Counted from the first letter of the stretch, positions 13,519-25,624 are shown. The stretch: DNA of 64,000 bases from Octopus sinensis (GCF_006345805.1 NC_043001.1:61752001-61816000), one strand, 5' to 3'. Made by a program: numbers and translations. The notes: generated by a model not told the origin, from the letters alone.

Positions 13519-13520
<2 letters not shown>
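13253..13520 (+). mobile_element. Penelope pLTR ending at (TA)n
   Basis: Similar to the pLTRs at 9430-9698 and 50088-50290; carries an HHR. Confidence 0.7.
13383..13417 (+). ncRNA. Minimal hammerhead variant (U4C core, no helix III loop)
   Basis: GTTT-CCGACGA-A-GAGC tcc GCTC-GAAA-CG-TT-AAAC; palindromic AACGTT. Confidence 0.65.
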
Positions 13521-13591
<71 letters not shown>

Positions 13592-13628
13592 TATATACAT
13601 ATATATATATATAATATATATATATAAT

Positions 13629-13681
<53 letters not shown>

Positions 13682-13724
13682 ATTATATATACATATATAT
13701 ATAATATATATACATATATATACA

Positions 13725-14592
13725 TATTGTATAGAGGGCATTATTACACCTAAATGCCACACGCTAGGAGGGACTCTTAAAGTCATAACTACCAAATATA
13801 AACAAATTGTACCGAATGCAATTCACAAAGCGAGTCATTTAAAAACAGAATTTAGCTCCATATCACCTGTGATTTCACAAATAACGCGTTATACGCGTCC
13901 CTTGCTCTTCAGTGAAGCGAATCCGGTACAATTTGTTTATATTTGGTAGTTATGACTTTAAGAGTCCCTCCTAGCGTGTGGCATTTATGTGTAATAATGC
14001 CCTCTATAAAATATAAATAAATATTTTCAAAGAAAAAAAATTAGTTTTTTCTCTTATGACGTTTTTCACGCTAACTACTTGATAATTTCTTATTAAGATT
14101 TTATCCTATTTTTTAAAATTGTTCCGAAAAAGCACGTTGTCTCCCGAAATGTAATTCAAAAGAGCCCGCCATTTACATAAATGTATGATGGGTAAACATT
14201 TCCATATACTACGATGACGGCGACGGTTCTCCACCTGGTATGATGTTTTTGTTTATTTATGATATGTTTTGGATTCGCTTCACTGAAGTGCAAGGGATGC
14301 GTATAACGCGTTAATTGCGAAATCACAGGTGATATGGAGCTAAATTCTGTTTTTAAATGACTCGCTTTGTGAATTGCATTCGGTACAATTTGTTTATATT
14401 TGGTAGTTATGACTTTAAGAGTCCCTCCTAGTGTGTGGCATAATGTGTGTAATAATGCCCTCTATACAATATAAATAAATATTTTCAAAAAAAAAATTTA
14501 CAGTTTTTTTTCTTATGAGGTTTTTCACGCTAACTACTTGATAATTTCTTGTTAGGATTTCTTATTAAGATTTTATCCTATTTTTTAAAATT
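13725..14592 (+). mobile_element. Non-coding HHR element: inverted 200-bp segment plus about 1.45 tandem copies of a 457-bp unit
   Basis: GGTACAATTTG repeats at 13925 and 14382; 13725-13924 is inverted; no ORF; same family as 33512-34003. Confidence 0.85.
13855..13918 (-). ncRNA. Type-I hammerhead ribozyme motif
   Basis: GCTTCA-CTGAAGA-GCAA..ACGCGT ata ACGCGT..TTGT-GAAA-TCAC ag GTGA-TA-TGGAGC; the plus-strand sister at 14277-14340 has A9 changed to T. Confidence 0.8.
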
Positions 14593-14612
14593 ATACATAC
14601 ATACATACATAT

Positions 14613-15801
14613 CAGTGGCGTGTAATCGAGACACGCTGGTCATGCACTGCTTGCCCGTTGATTTTTATATAACTCAAAAATGAATTTAAGAATGTAATGT
14701 AAATATAACCACATTGAAAAGTTGTCCAAATAATTGGAAACTGAGTTAAAATAGTTACATTGTTTCAAAGGAAACCCGGCCATTGATATTTGGCTGTTTC
14801 CATTTTGCTTACACTAAGCATGCTTAAAGAAAAATACATATAAAATCTTTTGTCACCCACCTCTCTTTCAATAGCTATCATTTCAATGCCTGTAAGATAC
14901 TTTTTTATCTCGATAAAATAACTACGAGGGCATGCTTTCAGTAAAACGCATGGCTTCCCATAACTTTGTAATTGATGTCGCTAACACGACAAACTAAATG
15001 ACTGAATGGGCTTGACTTTTTGACACGTAAAATTTCTGACCAAAGCATAACAATCCTTTAATTCTTAATTAGTCAGCTCAAAAGTTGCCGTGACTTTGGA
15101 ATATCTATTTCACGCGGTCGTAAGTTTTGAAATTATTATCAGTAAACATCCTCTCAGTATTGAACAAAAAAAAATGCTGAAATCAGAAATATACCTGATT
15201 AATCCTTCGTTCATTTACTAAAATTATCTTTCCGTTTTGTTGAAACTGATTTACAATTCACGATCTCAGTAAAATGTGGTATACTGTGACAAAGTGAAAT
15301 TAAAGTGCTCATTGGTTTTTTTGGGGTTTTTTACACAAATGAAAGTGTTTTCTTCTACAAGATGGAACTTGAAAATTACAAAAATATGAGAGCAGAAATA
15401 ACAGCCAGATCTCCAACAAACTCTTTTTAACTTTATCACAGTATACTTCATTTTATTGTGGGACATTTCTCTGAGCGAAATCTTTGAAGAAATGTTCGTA
15501 GATTGATTACATATTTCTTTTATCATTTTATCGCAATTTTTTTTACGCCCAACAAATTTCTGTGAGATTTGGCTGTTATTTATAGCACGTGGATAGCCTG
15601 CATGAAGGCCGTAGGATCGGGAGGGTAGGGATATTTTCTTTTCTGTTTTTGAAAAATTGAAATTTTACAAACAATTTTTTTTTAGAATCGAATTCTCCGT
15701 AGCCGAAAAAAATTAAGTGGGGTGGGGGATGGGTTACGTCTCCGTCATGTGCGCCAACTATTTATTACGTGACCAGCCTCAGAAGTCATCGGACGCCACT
15801 G
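14613..15801. mobile_element. Non-autonomous hAT element
   Basis: TIRs CAGTGGCGT/ACGCCACTG; exact 8-bp TSD ATACATAT at 14605-14612 and 15802-15809. Confidence 0.9.
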
Positions 15802-15811
15802 ATACATATAC

Positions 15812-15843
<32 letters not shown>

Positions 15844-15844
15844 A

Positions 15845-15945
15845 ATTGAACATACCTAATTGAACATACCTATCTGAATCCAAGTGACATCAGACAAACT
15901 ATATCCAATGCCAGTACCAACGATTTCAAAACATACGAATCAGAT
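15845..15945 (-). repeat. Direct copy of the Chapaev3-like terminal region
   Basis: ATTGAACATACCTATCTGAATCC..CAAAACATACGAAT recurs at 17191-17273. Confidence 0.75.
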
Positions 15946-16265
15946 CTCGTATTCTTCCTCACCTACCCACGTGTGTTATTGAGCAAATAATAGTTTATTA
16001 TCAGGGAGAGAATTATATTATCAATAATAATAAAGGGTAAAATTAATTAATTAATTAATTAATAATTAATAATTTTACGAAGTAGTTTCGGCATGTTAAA
16101 AGAACCATTATCGGTAAACTTAAACAATAATTTTTATATTTATGAGTATAATTATAATTAGGGTTCAGCAAAAAAATTTGCTTCACCACATACCGAAAAT
16201 TTAGAAATAGCAGCCAAACAACTAGTTATTTCTCTACCGTAAGAAAATCTCCCAAATAACATATA

Positions 16266-17008
16266 CGAGGGGCGTTCAATAAATAATGCTTCTGACCCAC
16301 TTCCCATAGTAGTAGAGCAACGAAACTTGGCACAGTTATTAGTCTTTTTCTACGTAGGAATCACCCAGAGTTTCATCATATGTAATTAGTCTTTTGAAAA
16401 ATTTTGACTCATCTTCTTGGCACATCTCCAAATTCACCCTCGAGCACTCGACGCGTTCTTGCTTCTGGAAAGGTGTGAGCAACCTGGGAATCCATCTGGC
16501 AGACACCTTTTGCATATGCAAATGGTCATGAATGATAGTTTCCACAGACCCGGTACTAATCTTGACCTCATGGGCTATTTGGCGAATAGTTATGCGTCGA
16601 TCTTCCAAAATGGCAGCCTCAACTTGACGGACAGATGCCTCATCAATGGCAGAAGGTGGGCGACCAGATCTGGGAGCTGTTTCCACAGAGTTCCGACCAT
16701 GTTTGAATTCAAGATGCCAGCATTTTACAAGGTCATATGATGGGGCATCATCACCATAAGTTACTTTCATTTCATCAAAAGTCTCCCGTGGTGTGCGTCC
16801 TTTCAAATATAAAAACCGGGTCGACACTCAACAGGCTCCATTTCACACTTGACTCAGTTCAAACACCTGTAAATCAGAAACCACAATTAGTTCAGAGATG
16901 TAATTTGCCACTTAATCTATAAAGATATAAATAATTGCACATGCAAAATTTCAGTTAGATCAAACAACTGCAAGTGGGTCAGGGCCATTACTTATTGAAC
17001 GTCCCTCG
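16266..17008 (-). mobile_element. Internally deleted mariner (irritans-like TIRs)
   Basis: TA-flanked TIRs CGAGGGGCGTTCAATAA/TTATTGAACGTCCCTCG; 743 bp. Confidence 0.93.
16339..16827 (-). pseudogene. Mariner transposase N-terminus, truncated in the DDD domain
   Basis: HTH region, PRSGRP, WIPRLLT, ITYDET, then a jump to the C-terminal GDSYVEK. Confidence 0.9.
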
Positions 17009-17071
17009 TACTCAAAAACAATCCACGTAGGCAAAGAGAAAAACAACGAAATTTACCCGGCAATTTGATTA

Positions 17072-17156
17072 ACTGTGGACGCGTTTCGGAGTTATATTGA
17101 TATGAAAAATGCAGAGACCGCATTTCCATCCTATCATTCTCGCTCTTCAGTACAGT
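17072..17156 (-). ncRNA. Type-I hammerhead motif with long helix II
   Basis: ACTGTA-CTGAAGA-G(C)GAG..TGGAAATGCGG tct CTGCATTTTTCA..CTCC-GAAA-CGCG-TC-CACAGT; one A-C mismatch at the base of helix I. Confidence 0.75.
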
Positions 17157-17180
17157 ATTTCAAGATTTTAAACTTGAGAG

Positions 17181-18225
17181 CACTGAAAAAATTGAACATA
17201 CCTATCTGAATCCAAACGACATCAGACAAACTATATCCAATGACCAGTACTAACGAGTTCAAAACATACGAATGATTATACGTATTGATAACACAATGTA
17301 AAACATTTTTTGTTTATTTGTATTTTGTAATGTTCATATATGCATTTTTACCACTAAATTCAAAGATCACATTCGTTTTGATGTAACATCGATAGTTATT
17401 TATTTATTCCTAATTTCATATTTGCTCATTATATTTGTAACTTTTCTCTACAGCACTTTGTTGGTTCTATCTATTCTAGTATTGTAAGGATAATTACACA
17501 ACATTTAGTACTTTTTCATATATTGAAAGGTATTTAGGAAGTATAATATTAGAACAAAAAGAAACAATAAAACTCTGCACTGTAAATGCCTTCATAACTA
17601 TTTTCTTAAGATGAGAAGTGCTTTGACGATCGAGATTTTCTGGAGTGTATACCTACCTTCATCTCTTCTGAATAGAGACCAATCTCCCATCATAGCAGTA
17701 TCTCATCGTCCTTAGTATCTTCTTTCCATAGTTGCAATGTCCTGATGAAATTTCTCACCATGCTCCTCACTGACATCATCCAAGTTTTCGGGGGAAAATC
17801 TAGGTGAGAGTGCAAAAAATGAACCTTTAAGGACATACGAAAACACATTTTCTTAAAGTTTTCAATAAGCTTTGCTACCAGCTCTTTGTAATTAGGATCT
17901 TTGTGATTTCCTAGGAATCCACGAACTACATCACGAAATGCACACCAAGCTACTTTTTCAAATTTTGTCATCGCTCTTTCCAGTTTCTTCGACTTTAATA
18001 TTGTATTTACTTGGTGCCCAACAAATATGCCACCCTTGATCTTAAACTCAGATAGCTTTGGAAACATAAGACAAATTTCTTGAAAAGCTTCTCCTCTAAA
18101 ATCTAAGGCCATCACAATTTTTTTTACCAATCCAAGTTTGATATGAAGTGGGGGTAATAAGATTTTGTTGGAATCTACTAGAGGCTGTTTGAGAACATTT
18201 AACATTCCTGGCTGCAGCTCCACTC
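17181..18225 (-). mobile_element. CMC/Chapaev3-like DNA transposon, 3' part
   Basis: ORF 17690-18223 has PPLHIKLGL..KIKGGIFVG..FLGNHK..MSLKVHFLHSHLDF, recalled as typical of Chapaev3 transposases; CACTG terminus at 17181. Confidence 0.65.
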
Positions 18226-18530
18226 GTGGGGGGCCAATGTACTCTTTGTAATGATCATCATCAGCTCTGCTGTCCCGTAAGCAAAGGAAACAGAGGAAGA
18301 CGAAGCGTCAGATTTAGGGTTTCGAGAGTGCCACCAGAAATAAAAACGGAATGGTTGATTGCAGCGGTACTGGTGTCTACAGAGGACAAACTCGAACTGG
18401 GACCAGTTGGTGAAACAAATACGTTGAACTGGCGGGGATTTGGGGTCGAAATGTGGCTTGTTACAACAAATTTATGGAGGGCTTCGCAAAGAACATAAAA
18501 CTGGTGAAATGGTGTCGGCTACATGAAAGC
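18226..18530 (+). mobile_element. Fragment of a second Tx1-family ORF1
   Basis: VRFRVSRVPPEIKTEWLIAAVL aligns by eye with KVKITNIPPELDAACLVAAII of ORF 19402-19866. Confidence 0.6.
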
Positions 18531-19401
18531 CCACCTACCATAATGGACTATGAGAAACTAAAAAGAAAAATTCAATTGTAATTTTTGTGAAATTCATTTA
18601 TGAAAAAGGAAAAACAAATTGTCGAAATGTAACTACTTCGACTTCGGAGGTCGAGTGGGCATTGCGCCTCATTTACATATTTTCACATTTTCATTCGTTT
18701 TCTTTAATTTTTTCGTCTTAATTCATCTTCTCTTTGATTTTAAGTTCCCCGAGTTTATGTTTGTCTTGTTTGTATTGTCCCATTCTGAGTATAGCCTCTT
18801 GTGGGTGATAAAAAATCAACTTTTAGAAATTGGTTTTCCTGTTGTCGGTACGTGTGATAGTTTCCTCTGTGTCTTCTTTTGTTGGTGAATTGCTGCAGTG
18901 AGTTGTTATTGTTATTTGTTTAAAAAGAACTGTTATTGCTTTTTTGGTAGCGGATTATTTAAATTCCCCCCTCTGGGGGAATTATTGTTGGGCTGTATTG
19001 TTGAATTATTGTTGAATTGTTGAACTATATATATATATCTATATATTATAGGAAAAAAAGCTACATCATAGAGTCGCCATTGAGTTCAATGATAATTCAA
19101 TATTGGATATGCCTGTTTTTGTAACAGGTGAAGAAGAGAAAATATCAGCAGCGTCATCAAAAGAAAAGTTAAACTTTACAGAGGCAGCAGGAGAGAAGGA
19201 AAGAAAATCAATAGTGAAATGGAAAATTTGAAAAAGTTTATGTCAATGTTAAAAGGAAGAGGGGACGGAAATACAAGTGGCCCCTACAAAAGAAGCAGTA
19301 GAAGTAAACAAGAAAAGAATTATTTATAAAACCTACAACATGGAAAAAAAGAAAATCGATAAAATGAAAGAAAAATTAATGGAAAAATACCTAAAACCTA
19401 T

Positions 19402-19866
19402 ATGGGCAGATATTACCAATATGACAAGAGGAAACGGTTTGGAACAGTCGAAGTGAGATTCACCTCAGAGGAGGTGGTCAGGCGACATTCCTCTGAAACT
19501 CTGAGAACCGAGGAGGTGGTTATTCTTCCCATATATATGGGAAGAAGAATATCGAAAGTAAAAATCACTAATATTCCTCCTGAACTAGATGCTGCCTGCC
19601 TTGTGGCAGCCATAATAATGAACCCGGAGGAAGGAATCTCCATTCTCCAGGGATCAGTGGTGGAAGAAGGGAACTGGAAGGTACAATGCCTAAATATGAT
19701 GATTCAGGCAGAGGTTCCCACGCTGGAAGAAATTCCAGAAATAATAAATTTCGGAGAAGAGAGACTGATTGTCTTGGTGGAAGGCAAAAGGCTAAGATGT
19801 TTCAACTGCGGGCGAAAGGGCCATATAAGATCCGAGTGCCAACCTAAAAACCAAAAGTGCAAGTAG
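19402..19866 (+). pseudogene. Tx1 ORF1 (gag-like), partial
   Basis: Zinc knuckle CFNCGRKGHIRSEC. Confidence 0.85.
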
Positions 19867-20349
19867 AAAAGGAAGGAGAAAAAGCATCGACGGTGGAAGC
19901 GTCACGTACATCAGTAGAGACGACACCACTACCGCAAAACCAGTAAAAGAATGTAAAGAGGAAGAAAAAGAAGAGGGGTGGGCGACTGTGTCCAAAAAAG
20001 AGGAAAAAACACAGACCACCCCTACCAAACTGATTTTTTTTTAAATAAATAAGAACCCGAGAATACATATATGGCCATCAAGTCATCGAATAACAGACTT
20101 ACCAAACGTTTAGCAGCTATTTCATCTGGCAAAAGGGTTGAACAAACAACGTCGAAAAACATTTTCATTTACAGGATCGACCAGAGGGATTACGTACGAA
20201 TTAAGTTCGAATTCTACCACGACGTAGGCCCTCTCATGATGGATTTTCTCCATCCATTTATGACGGCCTACGTCAAAATACCCCCACAAACCCGAGAAAA
20301 GGAGAGAAAAAAGAACACCAGAACGAAGAAACCTCGAACCACTGATGCA

Positions 20350-23300
20350 GAGGTAAGTAATGTCGAGCATTCCTGTAGGTTGTTTAAATGTGCGTGGCCT
20401 GGTATCAAGCCAGTAGCAAGGTCGCTTCTTATTGACATCAGGTCACGTTATTTGGATGTTATGGTTGCTACAGAAACCCGATTAAGGGGGTCAAGAGATC
20501 TGCTCCCGCTGTTTGATGGCTACGAGAGATTTTTCTCTCCAGGCTGTCATTCTGGGGGAAGCGGAGTGTTGGTCCCGTTAAAAGAAACCGGCTTTCTGAG
20601 AAAAAGTTAATTTTTTCAGATCCAGAAGGTAGGCTGGTCGTCATGGACTTGACGTTCAGTCATGGTAAAGTTATCAGACTGGTTGCAATTTATGCACCCA
20701 AGTCAACCGGTCAAAGCGAATATTTTCGGAATCTGGAGACGCTTGTTGGTACTTCACATTCTTTAGTTGTGCTTGGAGACTATAACACAATCTGCGAGGC
20801 ACGTGTAGATTGTGTTGGCTCGTGTACAGATAGAAAAGGTAATCCTTGCTTCCTGGAACTGCTAAGCCGCTTTGAGCTAGCAGATCCTTATAGGTTGGAA
20901 TTTCAGAACGCTCCATTGTGGACATTGTCAAATAGCGACGGATCTTCCAGGTTATACCTAGATAGAGTGTTAATTAGAAAAGCAGATAGAATTATAGCTA
21001 GGTGTCCACAGTTTCACCGGTCAGCTACAGGGATCATGAAATGGTCACCTGTTAGCTCGACATAGATAAGCTATATAATAGAGGCTCCGGCTACTGGAAA
21101 CTTAATACGTCTCTTTTGGCGATTAAAGAGTACAGAGACCGGATTAAGTTGTTGATTCAGAGGGCATTAACTGTTCCATTATTAATAATAAATGGTGGTA
21201 TGCCCTCAAGCGAGCCATTAAATTTGAGTCTATTAGCTATAGCATAGGTTTTGTGGCTAGAGAGGCTAGGAGGGATTCAGCTTTAGTTAAGGATTTAGAG
21301 GAAGCCATGAAAACTGACACTGCGGCTCAGGTGAAGGCCAAGAGACTGATGTTAAACCGGTACCTCGAAGCCGAATACATGGGTTGCATTGTCAGGGCTA
21401 GCCTTCGTGCAGTGGGTTGTGAGAGAATCAAGGCGGAGGATGGGACAGAGTGGTGGAAGCCCAACGTGGTAATGATACCACAATCCGATCTTTGACGAAC
21501 CAACAAGGTAAGTTGATAAACGAACTCGAGGAGATGTGTGAGGCTTTTCAGGAGTACTTCGGCCAGCTTTTCGGTGGAGGCGGTGGACCGGTTAGTAGGG
21601 GGGACCTAACGGACTTCCTCGCTGAGCTGCCGCGCCTATCGGGCGGGACGCGGAGTACTGGGAAGGGCTGATCACACCTGAGGAAGTAATTGAGGCTATG
21701 GCAGACTACGGCACGGGTAAGGCGCCAGGACTAGATGGTCTACCCTATGAGTTGTATAAGAGTATGCCAGATTTGTTCGGACAGATGCTGGGGAATGTCT
21801 ACTCGAACTGGCAGCAGAACGAGTTTATTCCTAGATCTGTGCGCTGGGGAGTTATGACGCTTGTCAGAAAGGACCCGGACAAGGGGGATTCCGTAGATAA
21901 TTTTTGGCCCATCACTCTGCTAAACCTAGATTTGAAGATTTTGGCCAAAGTGTTAGCGAAAAGATTGGCGTGTGTCGCGGATGGTCTGATCGGGAAGGCA
22001 CAGACATGTGCCATTCCCGACAGAACCATCCGGGATAATCTCCATCTTATACGGTACACTTTAGAGGGGTTTAATAGTGATTCTGGCAAGTGTGGAGCAC
22101 TGGTCCATTTAGACCAATCTAAGTCATTTGATAGGGTTGACCATAGCTACCTGGTGTCCCTTCTGGCGCAGTTCGGCCTGGGTCTTGGCTTCTTCCGGTG
22201 GATCATTCAGATTAATCACAACATCGACTCGGTAGTTCGTGTGAACGGCTTCTTATCGAGACCGTTCGACATCAAACGCTCGGTTCGTCAAGGGTGTCCG
22301 CTCTCCCCGCTTTTGTACGTGATGGAGCTTGAGCCATTACTGCGAAAATTGAGCGGCATCCCGAGACAGCCAGGTTGTGGAATATCGGTTTCAGCTTACG
22401 CGGGTGATATCACCATTATCGTAACCGAAATGGATCACCTACAGAGGGTAGGCAAGGCCATCAAGGTTTACGAGACGGTGGCAGTAGCAAAAGTTAATCG
22501 AGAAAAGTCAGTCGGCTTGCAGCTCGGCACCTGGAGAGACAAGTCGATGCATCCAGACGGCGTCGTGGGATGTTGGACGGAGGGTCCGATTAAATTGCTA
22601 GGAGTTTGGTTTGGACCAAACCTCCAAATACAGAACTGGGCCGAGGTATCGAGCAGGGTGACCCACATAGTCAAGACCTAGTCTTGGCGGTGGCTATCCC
22701 TGAAAGGGAGGACGGAGGTAGCCAATGTGTTTATCGCATCGGTCATCATCTACCGCCTAACCGTCGTTCCTTGCCCTGATTCGTGGTTGATGAAGCTGGA
22801 AAGACAGCTGTTCCAATTGTGGAAGGGCTCGAAACCGCTTGTGCGATGCTCTATTTGCTGCCAACAACTATTAAAGGGTGGGCTAGGGATGCCTTGGCTA
22901 TTGATGCGCAGACATGCGTTGAGGTTGAGGCATCTATGGCTTTACCTGGATGGTGAATGTGTGTGGTCTCTGCTGGCGAAACGGATGTTTCCCCGGGTCA
23001 CTAGTTTTGATGGACGAGAAACCTGGTTCTATCGAAGATCGAAATTGGGTACATGGTTTACGGAGTGTCGCAAGACTCTCCTGCTATTCTGTTGCTCGGG
23101 AAATGCCTGCGGTGGAGGTTCCACCGCATTCTTTTATAGAGGGCTTGTAGAGGCTGAATGTGACAATACCTTGGGGGAAACCCTAGGTCTCGACGATAAT
23201 CAGCTAGCCAGTCTGTTCCGACGTACATTCGGGCCGAAGACCCTGGTCAACTTTCAGAAGTCTCTGGCATGGCAGTGTTACTGAGGAGCCTTACCTGTTC

Positions 23301-23697
23301 GGGTCAAGCTCACAAGGCATGGAGGTAGCGGCCCTTCGACCTGTCCAAGATGTGAGCGGGATAGGGAAACCGTCCCGCACGCTATTGTTCAGTGTTCGGA
23401 GGTGTCAGACGTGTGGGTTTATGCGGAACAACTGTTGTCAAGTGCTCGATGAGTACAGCTATCGACTGTAAAAATTGACTGGCCTGATTTCCTTTCGAAA
23501 GAAGGTAAGAATTGTTTTCTCATTGTAGTAGCAATTGCGAGAGAGGCGATTTGGAAGACGAGGCTGAAAGGATGAAAGTCAGGCACTTTCACCTTAAAAG
23601 GAAGATAGAGCTAGAGAGAAAATGCCTGACTGCGAAAATGTTTGAGAATCGATGGAAGAATGTAGCACGGATGTTGCGAGTGAATGTAACCACATGA
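20350..23697 (+). pseudogene. Tx1 ORF2 (APE endonuclease-RT-CCHC), disrupted
   Basis: VATETRL, LVAIYAP, VLGDYN, YLDRVL (APE); PITLLNLDLKILAK, DQSKSFDRV, QGCPLSP, AYAGD (RT); CPRCERDRETVPHAIVQC at 23342-23395; several stops and frameshifts. Confidence 0.9.
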
Positions 23698-23975
23698 ATG
23701 CGATGCAGGACGTATCTCAAGTATCAGTGGCGAGGCGGGGCTCGTGGGATCCAAATTGAACCCGCCTCCCACTCCATCTATGTCTTCCGGTCTGTCCTAT
23801 CACTCGATTTATTTATATTTTTGTGAAATTTTAATGTCATCTTTATGTAATATCCATTTGTCCATCTGACCTCCATCAGATTGTGTTGTCCCTCATCGAC
23901 TTTTTGAAATTGGCCAGAATGTAATGAAGTAAGTTGTTTTTTTATATGTTGCTATCATTGTGTCTTGTGGTGAAG

Positions 23976-24061
23976 CATCCTGATGAGGGGAGTGTCTGTT
24001 TCATTAAAATATAAAATTTATATCATATTATTGGACACGTCTCCGAAATGGCCCGTCGATG
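23976..24061 (+). ncRNA. Type-I hammerhead motif
   Basis: CATC-CTGATGA-GGGGAGTGTC(loop)GACACGTCTCC-GAAA-TGGCCCG-TC-GATG; 10-bp helix II with one bulge; GUC cleavage after 24057. Confidence 0.8.
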
Positions 24062-24573
24062 GAACATTATCTTCGTGTATTAGTATGTCCTGTTAATGTT
24101 GTATAATTTCAAATTTTCCACTGGACTCCGTGTTGTAACTTGTGAATCTTTATTACCTTGTATCTTATCGTGTGAATTAATAATTATCATGTGAATTCAA
24201 TAAGACTTATATTATGTTGATGTTTTATATTTTGCCTGTGTATTTATATATATGAGCATTTTTGAATAGTTTCAAATACCTACGACTTTTATCGACGTTT
24301 TTATATCTATTTTTATATCTATTTGTATATCTATTTATGTATTTATATATTTATAATGCCAACGTATTTTTAAATATTTTAAAATACTTTTAAATATTTG
24401 CGTATTTTTAAATATTAAATATTTATATGTTTATATACATGTATGTTTTAATACTGTATTATCTGGAACTTTATATTGATTTATTAATGTTCAATGAAAG
24501 TACACATGTATTGAATATTCTATTGGATGATAGGTCATGTTCTTCTAGTTTTCCGCTGGTATTGCCTCCATTG

Positions 24574-24611
<38 letters not shown>

Positions 24612-25122
24612 CAATGGAGGCAATACCAGCGGAAAACTAGAAGAACATGACCTATCATCCAATAGAATATTCAATACATGTGTACTTTCATTGAACATTA
24701 ATAAATCAATATAAAGTTCCAGATAATACAGTATTAAAACATACATGTATATAAACATATAAATATTTAATATTTAAAAATACGCAAATATTTAAAAGTA
24801 TTTTAAAATATTTAAAAATACGTTGGCATTATAAATATATAAATACATAAATAGATATACAAATAGATATAAAATTAGATATAAAAACGTCGATAAAAGT
24901 CGTAGGTATTTGAAACTATTCAAAATGCTCATATATATAAATACACAGGCAAAATATAAAACATCAACATAATATAAGTCTTATTGAATTCACATGATAA
25001 TTATTAATTCACACGATAAGATACAAGGTAATAAAGATTCACAAGTTACAACACGGAGTCCAGTGGAAAATTTGAAATTATACAACATTAACAGGACATA
25101 CTAATACACGAAGATAATGTTC

Positions 25123-25208
25123 CATCGACGGGCCATTTCGGAGACGTGTCCAATAATATGATATAAATTTTATATTTTAATGAAACAGACACTCCCCTCA
25201 TCAGGATG
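25123..25208 (-). ncRNA. Type-I hammerhead motif, mirror copy
   Basis: Reverse complement of 23976-24061. Confidence 0.8.
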
Positions 25209-25624
25209 CTTCACCACAAGACACAATGATAGTAACATAAAAAAACAACTTACTTCATTACATTCTGGCCAATTTCAAAAAGTCGATTTTTTTTATTTCG
25301 CACAAGGGGACAACATAGATGAGGGACAACACAATCTGATGGAGGTCAGATGGACGAATGGATATTACATAAAGATGACATTAAAATTTCACAAAAATAT
25401 AAATAAATCGAGTGATAGGACAGACCGGAAGACATTATAGATGGAGTGGGAGGCGGGTTCAATTTGGATCCCACGAGCCCCGCCTCGCCACTGATACTTG
25501 AGATACGTCCTGCATCGCATTCATGTGGTTACATTCACTCGCAACATCCGTGCTACATTCTTCCATCGATTCTCAAACATTATATATATATATATATATA
25601 TAATAGAGAGAGAGACAAACAGAC

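Larger units (their letters stand above)
16010..17180 (-). mobile_element. pLTR interrupted by a mariner insertion
   Basis: 16010-16265 and 17011-17180 join across the TA TSD; homologous to 11358-11842. Confidence 0.7.
18620..23897 (+). mobile_element. Near full-length Tx1-clade (L1-group) LINE, copy 1, decayed
   Basis: ORF1 with CCHC knuckle; ORF2 with APE endonuclease, RT and CCHC domain; 5' boundary approximate; 3' end inferred from the AATAAA-A8 retained in the mirror arm. Confidence 0.88.
23638..25580. repeat. About 1.94-kb near-perfect palindrome centred on (TA)n
   Basis: Arms of about 955 and 988 bp; mirror ORFs 24427-24714(+) and 24471-24758(-) are identical; a few SNPs and indels of about 1, 2, 3 and 33 bp. 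Confidence 0.97.

Noticed and set aside
24427-24758. Identical 95-aa ORFs on both strands
   Set aside because: A consequence of the palindrome; the protein spans the (TA)n centre.
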